Origin: Octopus vulgaris
Lineage: Eukaryota
Reading direction: 5' to 3'
Length of the DNA stretch: 64,000 nucleotides
Assembly: GCA_951406725.2 (NCBI GenBank)
Contig: OX597838.1
Coordinates: 40,052,001-40,116,000, forward strand
Of the stretch, positions 28,157-43,057 are shown in pieces. A program made the position numbers and the translations under genes. How positions within the stretch are numbered: the first letter of the stretch is position 1; each line of letters begins with the position of its first letter. The notes beneath the pieces are model-generated. The model ran no database searches. It was given only the letters and a program-made list of their open reading frames with translations, and had not been told where the DNA came from.

Positions 28157-28162
<6 letters not shown>
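25580..28162 (+). mobile_element. Penelope-like element (Neptune-type), 5' truncated, RT + GIY-YIG with about 3 frameshifts, followed by 3' UTR/pLTR
   Basis: FYGIPKIHK, LRPII, SFDVVNLYSNIP, MGTRMAPSFANL, RYLDDCF, PFLD, YYKPTD, KCGRPNCGIC linker, LIYSLTC...YIGQT; flanked by (TA)n. Confidence 0.92.
28078..28112 (+). ncRNA. Hammerhead-like fold with U3:A8 core in the PLE 3' region
   Basis: ag TTGAAAA ggt aaaatg acc GAAA ccgg TA ct; stem I is weak. Confidence 0.5.
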
Positions 28163-28226
<64 letters not shown>

Positions 28227-28389
28227 GTATACTTATAATTTAAAAATAAACATACAAATTTCCGCACGAAGACAAGTAGTCTATGCCCTAGGGACGTAGC
28301 TTCAACCGTGTTCTTTCTGATGTGAAATTGCTACCCAGGTATCGGTTATCTTTTGAATTATCCTTAATAAGATAATTCATTCAATTACT

Positions 28390-28461
<72 letters not shown>

Positions 28462-28610
28462 CATAAATATACACATATATATATACATATATATATATAT
28501 GCATATATATATACACACATATATATACATATATATATACATATATATATACATATATACATATATATATATACATATATATATGCATATATATACATAT
28601 ATATATATAC

Positions 28611-28790
<180 letters not shown>

Positions 28791-29105
28791 CATATATATA
28801 TTACGGAGATGTACCTGCATAGCAAGTGATTTGATCTGAGATCGTGTGCTGAAACGAAAACAATTGCAGCGTGGAAGGTGTCTGTAAGTCATTTAAGAAA
28901 CACACAAAAGCCGTTCGATTCACTTCAACATTTAAGTTTAATTTGTCAAAATATTTTCGTCGCTCTAAGGCCGCGACCGGTTCGCTGACAAAGATCCGTG
29001 CTGCACGGATATTTGTGCGTTTCTTAAATGGCTTACAAACACCTTCCACGCTGCAATTGTTTACATATATATATACATATATATATACATAACATATATA
29101 TATAT

Positions 29106-29153
<48 letters not shown>

Positions 29154-29167
29154 ATATGTATATATAC

Positions 29168-29229
<62 letters not shown>

Positions 29230-29240
29230 ATGTATGTATA

Positions 29241-29297
<57 letters not shown>

Positions 29298-29310
29298 ATT
29301 TATATGTATA

Positions 29311-29401
<91 letters not shown>

Positions 29402-29863
29402 CATATAAAGACACAGAGGGAGAAGAGGGAGAGATATACAGGGTCCTAATAAATTACCTACATCGTACTCCCCCTTTCAGTCCACCAGCTGGACAAAGTT
29501 TTATTATGAAACGCTCGAACAATCAACCCCTACGGGGGCGGCTCACCATATTGCTGCAAAGTAATTGATGGTTGCAAATGATGTAATTGCGCTATAACAA
29601 AGGCCTTTTTTTTTTGAATTTTTGTATTTTCGAAATTGTAAAGATAATTTATGTATTTATATATAGAAAAGCACAACGCCACAAAACCTATAATTGTTGT
29701 CTACGAATATATACATAGATATATTCATTTATACACTCATAAATATACTTACAACATATACAGTCAGAAACACATATGCTGCCAGGCTTATGTGTTCATG
29801 TATATTTGAGTGTGTATGTATATATATATATATATAAAAAAAGAGAGAGATACATATATATAC

Positions 29864-29910
<47 letters not shown>

Positions 29911-30222
29911 CATATATATATACACACATATATATATACATATACGTATATACATATATACATATATATACATATATATATATACATATATATATACATA
30001 TACGTATATACATATATACATATATATACATATATATATACATATATATATATATACATATATATACATATATATATATATACATATATATACATATATA
30101 TATACATATATATTTATATACATATATATATATACATATATATATACATATATACATATATATACATATGTATATATATATATATATACATGTATATATA
30201 TATATATATATACATATATATA

Positions 30223-30285
<63 letters not shown>

Positions 30286-30550
30286 TACGGAGATGTACCT
30301 GCATAGCGAGTGATTTGATCTGAGATCGTGTGCTGAAACGAAAACAATTGCAGCGTGGAAGGTGTTTGTAAGCCATTTAAGAAACACAAAAGCCGTTCGA
30401 TTCACTTCAACATTTAAGTTTAATTTGTCAAAATCATTTCGTCGCTTTAAGACCGAGACCTGTTCACCGACAAAGATCCGTGCTGCACGGATTTTTGTGT
30501 GTTTCTTAAATGGCTTACAAACACCTTCCACGCTGCAATTGTTTACATAT

Positions 30551-30637
<87 letters not shown>

Positions 30638-30727
30638 ATGTATGTATGCATATTTATATGTATATATATATATAAAGTGTAGGAAGAAATGGAGCTGAAC
30701 AAAGATTTAACAAAATTCCTTTTTATT

Positions 30728-30813
30728 ATTTTCTACATATGCTTCGAAGGCTGCAAATTCCCTAATTCGGATTGAATAAGGAGTCCATTTTGCAGCCTTC
30801 TCTTCAGGAAAAT
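30728..30813 (-). ncRNA. Minimal type-I hammerhead ribozyme (A15.1G variant)
   Basis: attttc CTGAAGA gaaggctgcaaa...tttgcagccttc GAAG catatg TA gaaaat; 12-bp stem II. Confidence 0.75.
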
Positions 30814-31254
30814 CCAGGAACTTTATTCTCCAACAAAGTGCACAGCAAGCTTTTCGACAAACGCTCACGAGGAGCCCATGAAATAAATGGCACAAACTGT
30901 CTATCTATATGCGTTGACGCCAGACTGGGTGAAAGCAGAAGAGATTGTCCGTTGAGATAGTTCAAGGTCAGAATCCGGTTAGCAGAAGCGGGGTACAGGA
31001 AAATCAAAGAGTGTGAATGTATTCTCTATGACTGGTGTTTATATTTGAATTATTTTAAGAATGAGTGTTAGTGTGTTTGAGTGTGAGAAATTGCTTTCAT
31101 GTATGTGTGTGTGCGTCTATGTATGTGTGACAGTGAGTTTCGAAGGCAGAAAGAGAGAGAGATATAGCAGGTATTAAAGGTCAAGCAACTGAAAAAACTG
31201 TGTCTGTGTGTTCGTATAACACCTCCCACGCTGCAATTGTTTACATATATATAC

Positions 31255-34200
31255 AAGATGACGCCGAACTAACAACAAGTGTGTGTTAATGTGTCTCTCC
31301 TAAAGTTTAAGAAGTCCTTCAAGAGATCGATATTATCAGAAGTGAAATTTGTCTGTAAAGCGAATATAAGTGAAAGTACGACAAGACACTGTATTTGAGA
31401 GGAATATTTTCGCTTTTGATATAGTATTTGCAACTAGAACATACCTCGCGAGCACATGTGTTGAAAGCACGTGTGTTACTTCCTGAAATCGAAGTTTCAC
31501 AGACAAAGTTTCACAGACAAAGAGGTGCGATGGCCGCAAGAAAAGGAAAGCACCCTAAAATTGATGGGAAACAGGAGGTAAAAGGCAAGAAAATCAAAGC
31601 TAAAACAAACCCTTCCAAAGACAACAAAAGGACCCCAGCAAGAACTATAATGGCAAAGAAAGAAACATCTGCAAATTCTACCTGAAGGAGGACTGCTGGT
31701 GCGGCGTCGAAGGTGCGAACTGTCGCTTTGCACATCAGAGGCCCCACCAAAACCGCACTGGTGCGAGACAGTGGTCCCTCCCTTGGGGAGAACAAAAAGA
31801 AAAGGAAAAAGAAAAATATAAAAGAAGGAAAAAAGCGCACTGACCACTCCTGAAAGACGATATGCGGATGTGGTGCGCGGTAACCCAAAAAATGGCCAGC
31901 TTCACCCAGATGTGAGAAGGGCAGCAGATGTGAGAAGGGCAGCAATCTTTTTTGTGCATGGCACAAAAAATTGTTCAGCAGCTGACCTGGCTACAAGCAC
32001 AAAGTTGGAACTACTACCACATAAAGCCACCACCAACAGATGTAGGATGGCCACCACAGACACCAACACCAACACACACACCACAAAAATATTTCTACTG
32101 AACGTAGGAGGGCTGCTGCGCGGAAACTGTAAAAGGAAAATCTCATTCCTGAGAGACCTTGTGACATGCAATCAAGCTATATGCATGGCACTCACAGAAA
32201 CGCATCTTGAACCCGATATAGGTAATGCAGAAATACACATGCCGCAATATGCAGTCATACGCACAGATAGAAAAGGAAGGAGCCATGGTGGAATTGCAGT
32301 GTACATCCGAGATGACCACGCCCCAGGTCCTGTTGTCATATTCAAATTCAGTGTGTGAAACTCAAATTGTACACATAAGACAACTGAATATCGTCATATG
32401 CACTACATATCGCCCACCAGATGCCCCAAAGCACTCAGGCATGTTTGAAAACTGTCTAACAAAATAGAAGTTCTCACCAACCTTGAACAACACAACAGTG
32501 TATTCTTCATGGGTGACTTTAACTTCCCCAATGTGGAATGGTCTGGGGGGCAGATGCTCTCAGGGATGACACACCATCAGCAGGCACAGGCAGAGTCCCT
32601 GCTCCATCTCACAAATGCCTCTTTCATGGAGAAAATAGTTCTGCAACCAACAAGGGCAGATAATATACTGGATCTCTGCTTCACAAACAATATGGATATT
32701 ATCCATAATGTTAATGTGATGCCGACAATGATCTCGGATCACAACATAATAGAGCTGTCTATGTATGGACCAAAAGCCCCCGCAGACACACAGCCTATAC
32801 GAAGCATCCACAATCTCTCCAACTTAAACTTTCATAAAGGAAACTGGAAGTTGATTGAGAAAGAGATCCTCAAACAGGATTGGCCTAAATGTCTCTTCAC
32901 ACCGGACATTAACATGAAACACAAACGTTTCATGTCCATAATACAAGCCATATGTGACAAATATGTCCCAGTGTGCAGGGCCAGCACACACAAAAACAAA
33001 AACAGGATCCCTAGAGAAAGGAAGATTCTTATGAGACGACGGACAAGGATTGCGAATTACACCAAAAATGGTGAGAAATCTCGGCTCGAGAGAATGCTAA
33101 TGGAAATTGAGAAAAGTCTGCATCAATCCCATGAAAAGGAAAGAAGCTTGGGTAATAGAAAATATAAAATCAAACCCTTTCTTTAAGTTTGCCAAAGAGA
33201 CAGCCACAGTGCACCAGAGAATAGGACCTCTCTTCCAAAAAGAAGGCTCTCTCACAGGAAATCCCACGAGGATAAGTGAAATACTGAACGAACAGTTCCA
33301 AAGTGTGTTCACTACACCTCTAGGACACAGGCAAGTAAACAACCCAGAAGAATTCTTTGCCATTTCACCTGTGGCCAAAGAGGCAAAAATTGAGTACATC
33401 AACATCGAAGATGATGATATCACACTAGCCATATATGAGATTGACACAAACTCAGCTGCTGGACCTGATGGACTCCCAGCGATCCTTCTCAAATCGTGCA
33501 AACGAGTCCTTGCAAAACCGCTACAGCTTCTTTTTCAGAGCTTTCTTGTAAGTGGTAAGCTCCCAGTCAAATTGAAAGAGGGGGTAATATGCCCAATCCA
33601 TAAGGGAGGAAGCAGAGCAGATGCTAAAAATTATAGGCCTATCTCTCTGACCTCATGCATCAGCAAAGTCATGGAACGAATAGTCCGTAAGAAACTAATC
33701 ATGTACCTTGAAGAAAATGACTTGCTGTCTGACACCCAGCATGGATTTCAACCAGGTAGAAGCTGCCTAACACAGCTCCTGCAACACTATGACTGGGTGT
33801 TGAATCAGCTACTAAATGGCTCAAATGTGGATGTAATATATCTCGACTTTGCAAAAGCCTTTGATAAAGTCAACCATGATCTGTCACAAACTGCGTGGTC
33901 TCGGCATAGGCGGAAAACTTGGAGAGTGGCTGCACAACTTCCTAAAAGACAGAAAACAGGCCCTTGTGAGCAATGGAGCCACCTCCAAGGAAACACAAAT
34001 AACAAGCGGTGTCCCACAGTGCACTGTCTTGGGGCCACTGATGTTCATAGTGGCCCTTTCAGACATGCCTTCAGTTGCTACGATGGCCACCCTTGCTAGC
34101 TATGCAGATGACACAAAAGTCTCCCACACAAATACAAAACCCTGAAAATATTGCGCATCTGCAACAGGAGTTGGACACAATAAACAGGTGGGCTGAGGAC

Positions 34201-35093
34201 AACAACATGCAGTTTAATGCAGGTAAGTTCCAGGCCCTGCGCTACCGGCACACAAAGGTAAACGACGTGCAGACTGGATACACTGGATACACTGGAAGAA
34301 TTGCAATCCCTGAGTCAAAATCAGTGCGTGACCTGGGCATTGACATGAGCAATGATGCATCTTTCCAAGTGCATATTACTAATCTGGTGATAAAATGCAG
34401 ACGGCTAGCTGGATGGATTCTCCGAACTTTCAGAACAAGAGAGAAGGAGATACTGATGGTCCTATGGAAAACATTCGTCCTCAGTCGCTTGGACTACTGC
34501 TCTCAACTATGGTCACCACACAATATAAAACTAACAGCAGAACTCGAAGCAATTCAGAGAGGCTACACAAAGAAAATCGTCTCAATGCAAAATATCAGCT
34601 ACTGGGAAAGACTGAAAGTATTAAACCTCTTCTCCCTAGAGCGGAGGCGGGAGAGATATGCGGTGATATACATCTGGAAAATCCTGGAGCGTCTTGTCCC
34701 AATCTTTGGCATTCAAAGTTACCCCAACCGCAGAACGGGGCGCCACTGCATGGTGCCAAAGATTCAAACATCCCCATCAAAATACAGGTCCAGATACTGC
34801 AACAGCTTGGGTTTCAGAGGACCACAGCTCTTTAACATCCTCCCTAAATGCCTGAGAGACTTACATGGTGTGGATGTGGGTTTCTTTAAACTAAACTGGA
34901 TCTCTTCTTGTCGGGAGTCCCAGATGAACCTACCTCACGACAGGAGACGCAGATGCGGGCAGCAGCATCGAACTCCCTTGTTGATCAAGTGCCACGTATC
35001 AGAGGTGGATTCACATATTAGTGTAGCTCATTCAGCGGTGGTGCCCCAGCATGGCCGCGGCCTTCGGCTAAAACATTTTAAAGGATTTTAAGG
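31255..35093 (+). mobile_element. Near full-length CR1/L2-group LINE: basic Cys/His ORF1 remnant (~31529-32020) and ORF2 APE+RT (~32047-35000) with frameshifts
   Basis: LNVGGL, LTETHL, YRPP, GDFN, LDLCF, SDH (APE); NYRPISLTS, QHGF, YLDFAKAFDKV, GVPQ, YADD (RT); 3' end ggtgccccagcatggccgcgg. Confidence 0.93.
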
Positions 35094-35135
35094 ATATATA
35101 TATACATATATATATATATACATATATATATATAC

Positions 35136-35397
<262 letters not shown>

Positions 35398-35417
35398 AAT
35401 ATATACCCACCATATAT

Positions 35418-35459
<42 letters not shown>

Positions 35460-35487
35460 TACCCATATAATATATATACATATATAT

Positions 35488-35598
<111 letters not shown>

Positions 35599-35824
35599 AA
35601 ATGAGATAGGGGTTGAAAATTCAACCCACCATGGAGATAACATATATCCAATATACTGCTAGATAGGTACCCAACAAGACTAATACATAGATGTTAAAAA
35701 TTGCCAACAATTAGTTCATCTATTGTATATATGGGCAAAGGTAATAATATTACCTAAATTAATACTATTATGGAGAAACATACTTAAATCAATAAAACAA
35801 GTATGTCTCTCCATTTTCTAATTT

Positions 35825-35869
<45 letters not shown>

Positions 35870-35870
<1 letters not shown>

Positions 35871-36041
35871 GGCGTAGGAGTGGCTGTGTGGTTAGTTCTT
35901 GCTTACGAACCACCACATGGTTCCGGGCTCAGTCCTACTGCGTGGCACCTTGGGCAAGCGTCTTCTACTATAGCCTCGGGACGACCAAAGCCTTGTGAGT
36001 GGATTTGGTAGATTGAAACTGAAAAAAGCCCGTCGTATATA

Positions 36042-36103
<62 letters not shown>

Positions 36104-36333
36104 CGTGCGTGTGCATTTGTGTGTGTAGATGTTTGTGTGTCTGTGTTTGCCCCCCAGCATCGCTTGACAACCGATGCTGGTGTGTTTACGTCCCCGTAAC
36201 CTAGCGGTTCGGCAAAAGAAACCGATAGAATAAGTACTAGGCTTACAAAGAATAAGCCCTGGGGTCGATTTGCTCGACTAAAGGCGGTGCTCCTGTATGG
36301 CCACAGTCAAGTGATTTAAACAGGTAAAAGAGT
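35870..36333 (+). mobile_element. SINE-A copy with expanded internal (TG)n
   Basis: Similarity to 7931-8350. Confidence 0.9.
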
Positions 36334-36684
36334 ATATATACAGACATAAAGTCGCACACGCATGCATGAATACACAAACTTCCACGTTCACGTACACACA
36401 TACAAAATCAGGGTACATTCACTCACTCACACACAAATACAGCGCGTGCAAGAACACACACTCCTTTACTCCTTCACGCACCTGAGAAATGAAAAGAGTG
36501 ATGGACGTCGTAGGTTCCTGTTTTAAGAAGCCATTATCTTCAATTTATAATGACAGTTCTTTTATGTTTCTTCCTTTTGGGGACACATTGAACTGTCGTT
36601 GGAAAATTCTAGTTAAATATCAGTTTATGTTTCAGAACAATTTACCGGTTTTTCCTTTCGTTTCATGAGCTACGAGCTGACAGA

Positions 36685-36900
36685 ATCTTTTCTACTCGAG
36701 GCAAAAGGCCCCAAATTTTGGGGGACGGGTCAGTCGATTAGATCGACCCCAGTACGTACCTGGTACTTAATTTATCGACCCCAAAAAGATGAAAGGCAAA
36801 GTCGACCTCGGTGGAATTTGAACTCAGAACGTAAAGACACACGAAATACTGCGAAGCATTTGGCCCAGCGTGCTAACATTTCTGCCAGCTGGCGGAATCG
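36685..36900 (-). mobile_element. SINE-C copy
   Basis: Reverse complement of gttagcacgc...gagttcaaattcc...gtcgactttgcctttcatc...ggggtcgataaattaagtacc. Confidence 0.8.
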
Positions 36901-36924
36901 TTAACGTTATATAGAGTATAATAT

Positions 36925-37993
36925 TGTTGTGGTTCAGCTTGAGGACAGAGCTGGCAACCTACTTTGCTGGCTTGGAGGCTGAAAGTCTACAATGCAAAGT
37001 TATAGTCCTTTGTTTTAGAAAGAGTAATGAGCTTTTAGGGGACCTTTGGCCTTGTGCCGATCAGGGAAAGTTCGTTGTAAACACCTCTTAAAAGGGAGGA
37101 AGTTTGAGCTGTAAAGGCAGTCGGCATTTGGGATTCAAGGCAAGCAGTTGGCAGTTTGGATTTAAATGTGGCTGTTCTGCTGGTGACAGTGTACTGAGAG
37201 ATGACAGGAAGACAGTCATGAGAGAGTGAACAGTTGGGATTGTACAGCGAGTTAGTAATGGTTTGTTCTGCTGTGACAGAGAGAGATATACAGAGGATTA
37301 GGCAGCTAATAGAGAGGGACTACAATGTGAGGCATTGGCTGATGTAACGGTATGTGTTAATTGTATGTTTTGATAAGTGAAGAAAAAGAAGGAAAAAGAA
37401 TCGATGTATTGAAATGTAAAAGAAATGAACATTGTTTATGTTGTTGATGGTTATAAAGAAAAGGCTAAAGAGAACTGTGTAAAGACATTGTGTACAGAGT
37501 TGTTGAAAAGAAAGGCTCTGTTGTAGTCTGAAAAGAATTTAATGAACATTGAACGTATATGTGTTAATTGTCCTCTGAACTGTAACGTTAATGTGATTTG
37601 AAACAGAACTGTTGTCTCCGGACTGTATATTGCATCAATTTGATCTGTTGTATACCTGTATTGATTTGTTGTTTTCTTTAAATGCTGTTGTTATATTGCA
37701 TCTGCATGCTGTTGATTCTGTTGCTTGTATTTACCTGATGTATCACATACTATTTGTTGTAATAGTCATATAAACTAGTTGTTAAACGTAGCCAATTGCC
37801 TTCCGCTGTATCTCTGTGTCTCTTCTTGCTGTTGTTGTTGTTGTTATCTCTCTCCTCTCTGGGTTCCGTGGCGAATTCGCCGATTGATTCGAGCCTGGTC
37901 AATCGTCGTCGCTCGACTTGTTGGGATCCCGGGTTCGTGTCAGGAGCGACGGCAGGTGGGATTCCGTAGCAACTTTCGGGGAGTCCCGTAACA
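36925..37993. mobile_element. Probable solo LTR (~1.07 kb)
   Basis: Termini TGTTGTGG...CCGTAACA; ATAT immediately on both sides (36921-36924, 37994-37997); non-coding interior. Confidence 0.6.
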
Positions 37994-38977
37994 ATATGTT
38001 TGTATCAGCATCTTTTCAGACTTCCATACCGCAAATAGTTAACAAGCCTATTAGAAGCCAATAATTATCGACGGCAGTAGTATTAATACTAAAGGATAAC
38101 GTGGATACCTTGCCAGAACACACGAACACTGTATTTTTAACCTTAAAAGATACTCTCATATCAGCGCTTGCTGCATAGAAGCGCGCAAATAGATCGTAAT
38201 AGATAAGAATCGTTTGTCATAGGCGCCGGAACTCCTATTTCACTTCACTTCATTCTAATGGAAATCGTTTTCCACTCAATTTTTTTCTACCAAATCAACT
38301 CACAAGGCATTGGTCAGTTTGGGGCTATAGTAGAAGACACTTGCCTAAAATACCGTGCACAAGGACTGAACTTACAACCACGTAGCTGCAAAGTGATCTA
38401 CATAACCACCTAGTCATCCTTTATTCATAGATCCGAAAGAATTAAAGGCACAGTTGACCTCGGCAGGATTTGAAATCAGAACGCAGGGCACCAGAAACGA
38501 TACAAACAGTCATTCCACTGTCCAGTTTGCCACCTCAATGTATTGGATCCCCTTCGGTTTAAACGATCTGAATTCGATTGTTTGATCTCAACTGAATTAC
38601 CTGCTCCTGAAGTAACATGCCAGTGGCTGAGTACTTCACAGACACACTCTAAGGCAGAATTAGGACGATACAATATGCGAGAAATCTGTGCCTTTTGAAT
38701 TATAGGTACAATCTCTCTCAAGGATTCCCACAGTTTCCGTCTACCCGAATTCAATCACAAAGTTATAGGTCCTCCCGAAGATTTAGAAAAATTACACTTG
38801 TCCCAAGATGCTGTCATGCACAATGGAATCGATCCTGAGAACCTGATTGCAAAGCGACCTGCTTAAATAAACCGTTCGTCTAGACTGCGCCTGTAACCTT
38901 ACAATAAATTAGTGGGAGAAGTAAAAAGAAAAAAAGACAAAAGGTAACATTACAGAGTTGCAATATGTTTAACGAGA

Positions 38978-39785
38978 AAGGTGGCGCATTGGCGGAAACG
39001 TTAGCACGCCGGGGGAAATGCGTAGCCGTATTTCGTCTGCCGTTACGTTCTGAGTTCAAATTCCGCCGAGGTTGACTTTGCCTTTCATTCTTTCGGGGTC
39101 GACAAATTAAGTACCAGTTACGCACTGGGGTCGCTAAAATCGACTTAATTCGTTTGTCTGTCCATGTTTGTCCCCTCTGTGTTTAGCCCCTTGTGGGTAG
39201 TAAAGAAATAGGTATTTCGTCTGTCTTTACGTTCTGAGTTCTAATTCCGCGGAGGTAGACTTTTCCTTTCATCGTTTTGGGGTCGATAAATTAAGTACCA
39301 GTCGCGTACTGGAGTCGATCTAATCGACTGGCCCCCTCCTCCAAAATTTCGGGCCTTGTGCCTAGGGTAGAAAAGAATATTTTTAACCGAAGATGGTGAC
39401 ATGGCCGAATCGTTCTCAGGCCGGGAAAAATGTTTAGCGGTATTTCGTCTATCTTTACGTTCTGAGTTCAAATTCCACCGAGGTCGACTTTGCCTTTCAT
39501 CCTTTCGGGGTCGATTAAATAAGTACCAGTTACGCACTGGGGTCGATATAACCGACTTAATCCGTTTGTCTGTCTTTGTTTGTCCCCTCTGTTTGGCCCC
39601 TTGTGGGTAGTAAAGAAATAGGTATTTCGTTTGCCGTTACGTTCTGAGTTGATATTCCGCCGAGGTTGACTTTGCCTTTCATCATTTTAGGGTCGATAAA
39701 TTAAGTACCAGTTAAGCACTGAGGTCGATGTGATCAACTTACCTCTCCTCTGAATTTGCTGGCTTTGTGCCAAAATTTAAAATCA
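38978..39785 (+). mobile_element. Cluster of four tandem SINE-C units
   Basis: Repeated gttctgagttcaaattccgccgaggtcgactttgcctttcatcctttcggggtcga core with alternating tails. Confidence 0.85.
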
Positions 39786-40112
39786 GTATCTTTAAATAGA
39801 GAGAGAGAGAGAGAGAGAGAGAGCAAGAGAGAGAGAGTGAGAGAAAGAGGTTGGGAAGGAGAGAGAGGACGAGTGGGTCAGAAAGAGACAGCAAGTGAAA
39901 GAGAGGAGACTAGAAAGACAGAGTGTATGTGTGTGAGAGAGAGTGCGAGAGAAAAAGAGATGGAGAGGGAGAGAGAGAGACCCATCCTTCAACTAATATT
40001 CAGCTGTTTCAATATTTAGGATTCACGCAGAGTTTGTTTCTTTCTTATGGAATTTCTCACCTCGTTTCCCATTATTTAATGTCAAAACAGTTTTAAGTTA
40101 TGTCATAAAACA

Positions 40113-40153
<41 letters not shown>

Positions 40154-40155
<2 letters not shown>

Positions 40156-40368
40156 TCTTTTACTCTTTTACTTGTTTCAGTCATTTCACTGCGGCCATGC
40201 TGGAGCACCGCCTTTAGTCGAGCAAATCGACCCCAGGACTTATTCTTTGCAAGCCCAGTACTTGTTCCATCGGTCCCTTTTGCCGAACCGCTAAGTTACG
40301 GGGACGTAAACACACCAGCATCGGTTGTCAAGCAATGTCGGGGGGACAAACAGACACACAAACACACG

Positions 40369-40408
<40 letters not shown>

Positions 40409-40572
40409 CGACAGGCTTCCCCCAGCTTCCGTCTACCAAATCCACTCACAAGGCTTTGGTCGGCCCGAGGCTATAGTAGAAGACACTTGCCCAAGGTGCC
40501 ACGCAGTGGGACTGAACCCGGAACCATGTGGTTGGTAAGCAAGCTACTTACCACACAGCCACTCCTGCGCCT
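40154..40572 (-). mobile_element. SINE-A copy
   Basis: Similarity to the other copies. Confidence 0.9.
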
Positions 40573-40865
40573 ACATATATATATATAATGTCAACTTAAC
40601 ATACGTACATACACAGATACATACTTATGTACGTAAATACGTGTATATGCACATACAAATATAAATCTATGCATACAGGTAAACATACATACAGGTAAAG
40701 GCGCAGGTGTGACTGTGCGGTAAAAAGCTTGCTTCCCAAACACATGGTCCCCGAATTCAGTCCCACTGCCTGGGAACTTGGGTACGTAGCCCCGAGCTGA
40801 CCAAGTCCTTCCTTGCTTGTGGAATTGGTAGATGGAAATTGAAAAGAGTCTGTCATATATATATA

Positions 40866-41358
<493 letters not shown>

Positions 41359-41359
41359 T

Positions 41360-42272
41360 GTTTCTTTATTAGCCACACAGGGCTGCACACAGATAGAACA
41401 AATTACAAGGTAGAGCTTTTCTTTTTAAGGTTTAAAAAAAAATAATAATAATAATAAAAATAACAAATAAAATAAAAGGGGGGTCGATCAAAAGGGATCG
41501 TAAAAGGAGAGAAAGAGGACAAAAAAAGGGGGGTTAAAAAAAAGGGGGAGAGGAAAAAAAATTGATCAATAGGGATCGTTATCACAGAAATGTCAATATG
41601 AAGTGTAAAGGGGAGGACAGGTGAGGTTTACCCGTGGAAAGAAAAGCCTACGGAAAAGACCACGGTAACCTCGGTCAATGAAGTCACATGTTATATTTCT
41701 TTTTTTTTTTTTTTTTTAAATAAGCAACTCTCTGTATTAATTTTTACGGTTCATAGAATCATAGTCAAGGTGGCTTCGTCATTCATAGGTGCCATCCTTG
41801 CTACATTCACCCATCTTTTTTTAAAACATTCACTAGACAAAACTTGCCTCTCTACTCTCACTTTTTTCTTCAAGTGATACTTGAAGAAGTTGATGAGAGA
41901 TTGACCAGAGAGGAAAGTGTTTGTCTCTAATCCTTTCAGACGCGTCCACCAGATACATTCTTTCGCCATAGCCACAAGTATGATAAAAATAGCTCTTCCT
42001 TCCCGTTTGAAGGAAGGAGGCGTGACGATATTAACGATAGACTCGGCTGATAAACCGACACGTCCCACACGTGACAGCAGTCGTTCGACATAAGCCCACA
42101 GGTGGGAAATTGCTGGGCACTGCACGATTGCGTGCAGAGCGGTTTCGTCGCTCTGCCCGCATCTCGGGCAGGTCGGCCCCGTGTTTCTCGAGCCATGCCT
42201 ATAGAGCTTATCCCGAACGGGTAGCGCTTCTCGGTAGCACCGCCAGGCCAGGGATCTCTGGAAGTTGTCCAT
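41360..42272 (-). mobile_element. 5'-truncated L1/Tx1-clade LINE 3' end (zf-RVT CCHC domain, stop at 41751) embedded in (GATA)n
   Basis: AWRCYREALPVRDKL...CPRCGQSDETALHAIVQC...IWWTR; the 3' end ...ggctaataaagaaac abuts (TATC)n, and GATA repeats resume at 42273. Confidence 0.85.
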
Positions 42273-42291
42273 ATGATAAATAGATAGATAA

Positions 42292-42354
<63 letters not shown>

Positions 42355-42529
42355 CGTTTAAATATTTGTTGTGCAAGATTTTTTATGTGAAGTCGTGTGT
42401 TGAAACAGATATTGTTATATTTCGGAATGGTCATATTGCCAGTTTAGCCAATAAAAACACACGCACTATATATTTGGTGTTATTTTGCTTCAGTGATATT
42501 TATTTTTTACATTAATCTTAATCTTATTT

Positions 42530-42575
42530 CGGCCAAAGTTCTTTCGTCACACTCCTGTGACCGCATCAGTGGTCC
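42530..42575 (-). ncRNA. Hammerhead-like fold in the inverted pLTR (A9C variant)
   Basis: cca CTGATGC g gtcaca ggag tgtgac GAAA gaac TT tgg. Confidence 0.55.
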
Positions 42576-43057
42576 TTTGTTTTCTTCTCACTTACTTGTG
42601 TCTCTCCTTACTAACCGTCAGCCATTTTGTATTTCTATTGTATGTCTTCATTTGCGCATGCTTATATCTCTATGTGCGTCTATGTTTATTTAGTGTGTGG
42701 GGGGGGGATGTCTGTAATATTTGTATCTTCTGGTTATATACATTCTTGTAATTTGTATTTTGTTTTTGTTGTTGTTGCTTTTGTTCTAATTTTGTTCATG
42801 TGTTTACATCCACCCATTATTATCATTACATATGCTTGTATGTATAATAACAATAATAACAAGGTAATAACAATAATAGTGGTAGTAGTAGTGGTGATGG
42901 TAACAGTAGAAGTAGTAATGAGGATAGTAGTGATAGTTGTGGTGGTAATAGGAATACTAGTAGTAGTAGTAGTAGTGGTAATGGTGATAATAATAATAGG
43001 AAGGCTGATGTTGGAAACAATAACGATAATGAAGATAACCCTAGAGAGACCATTGAC

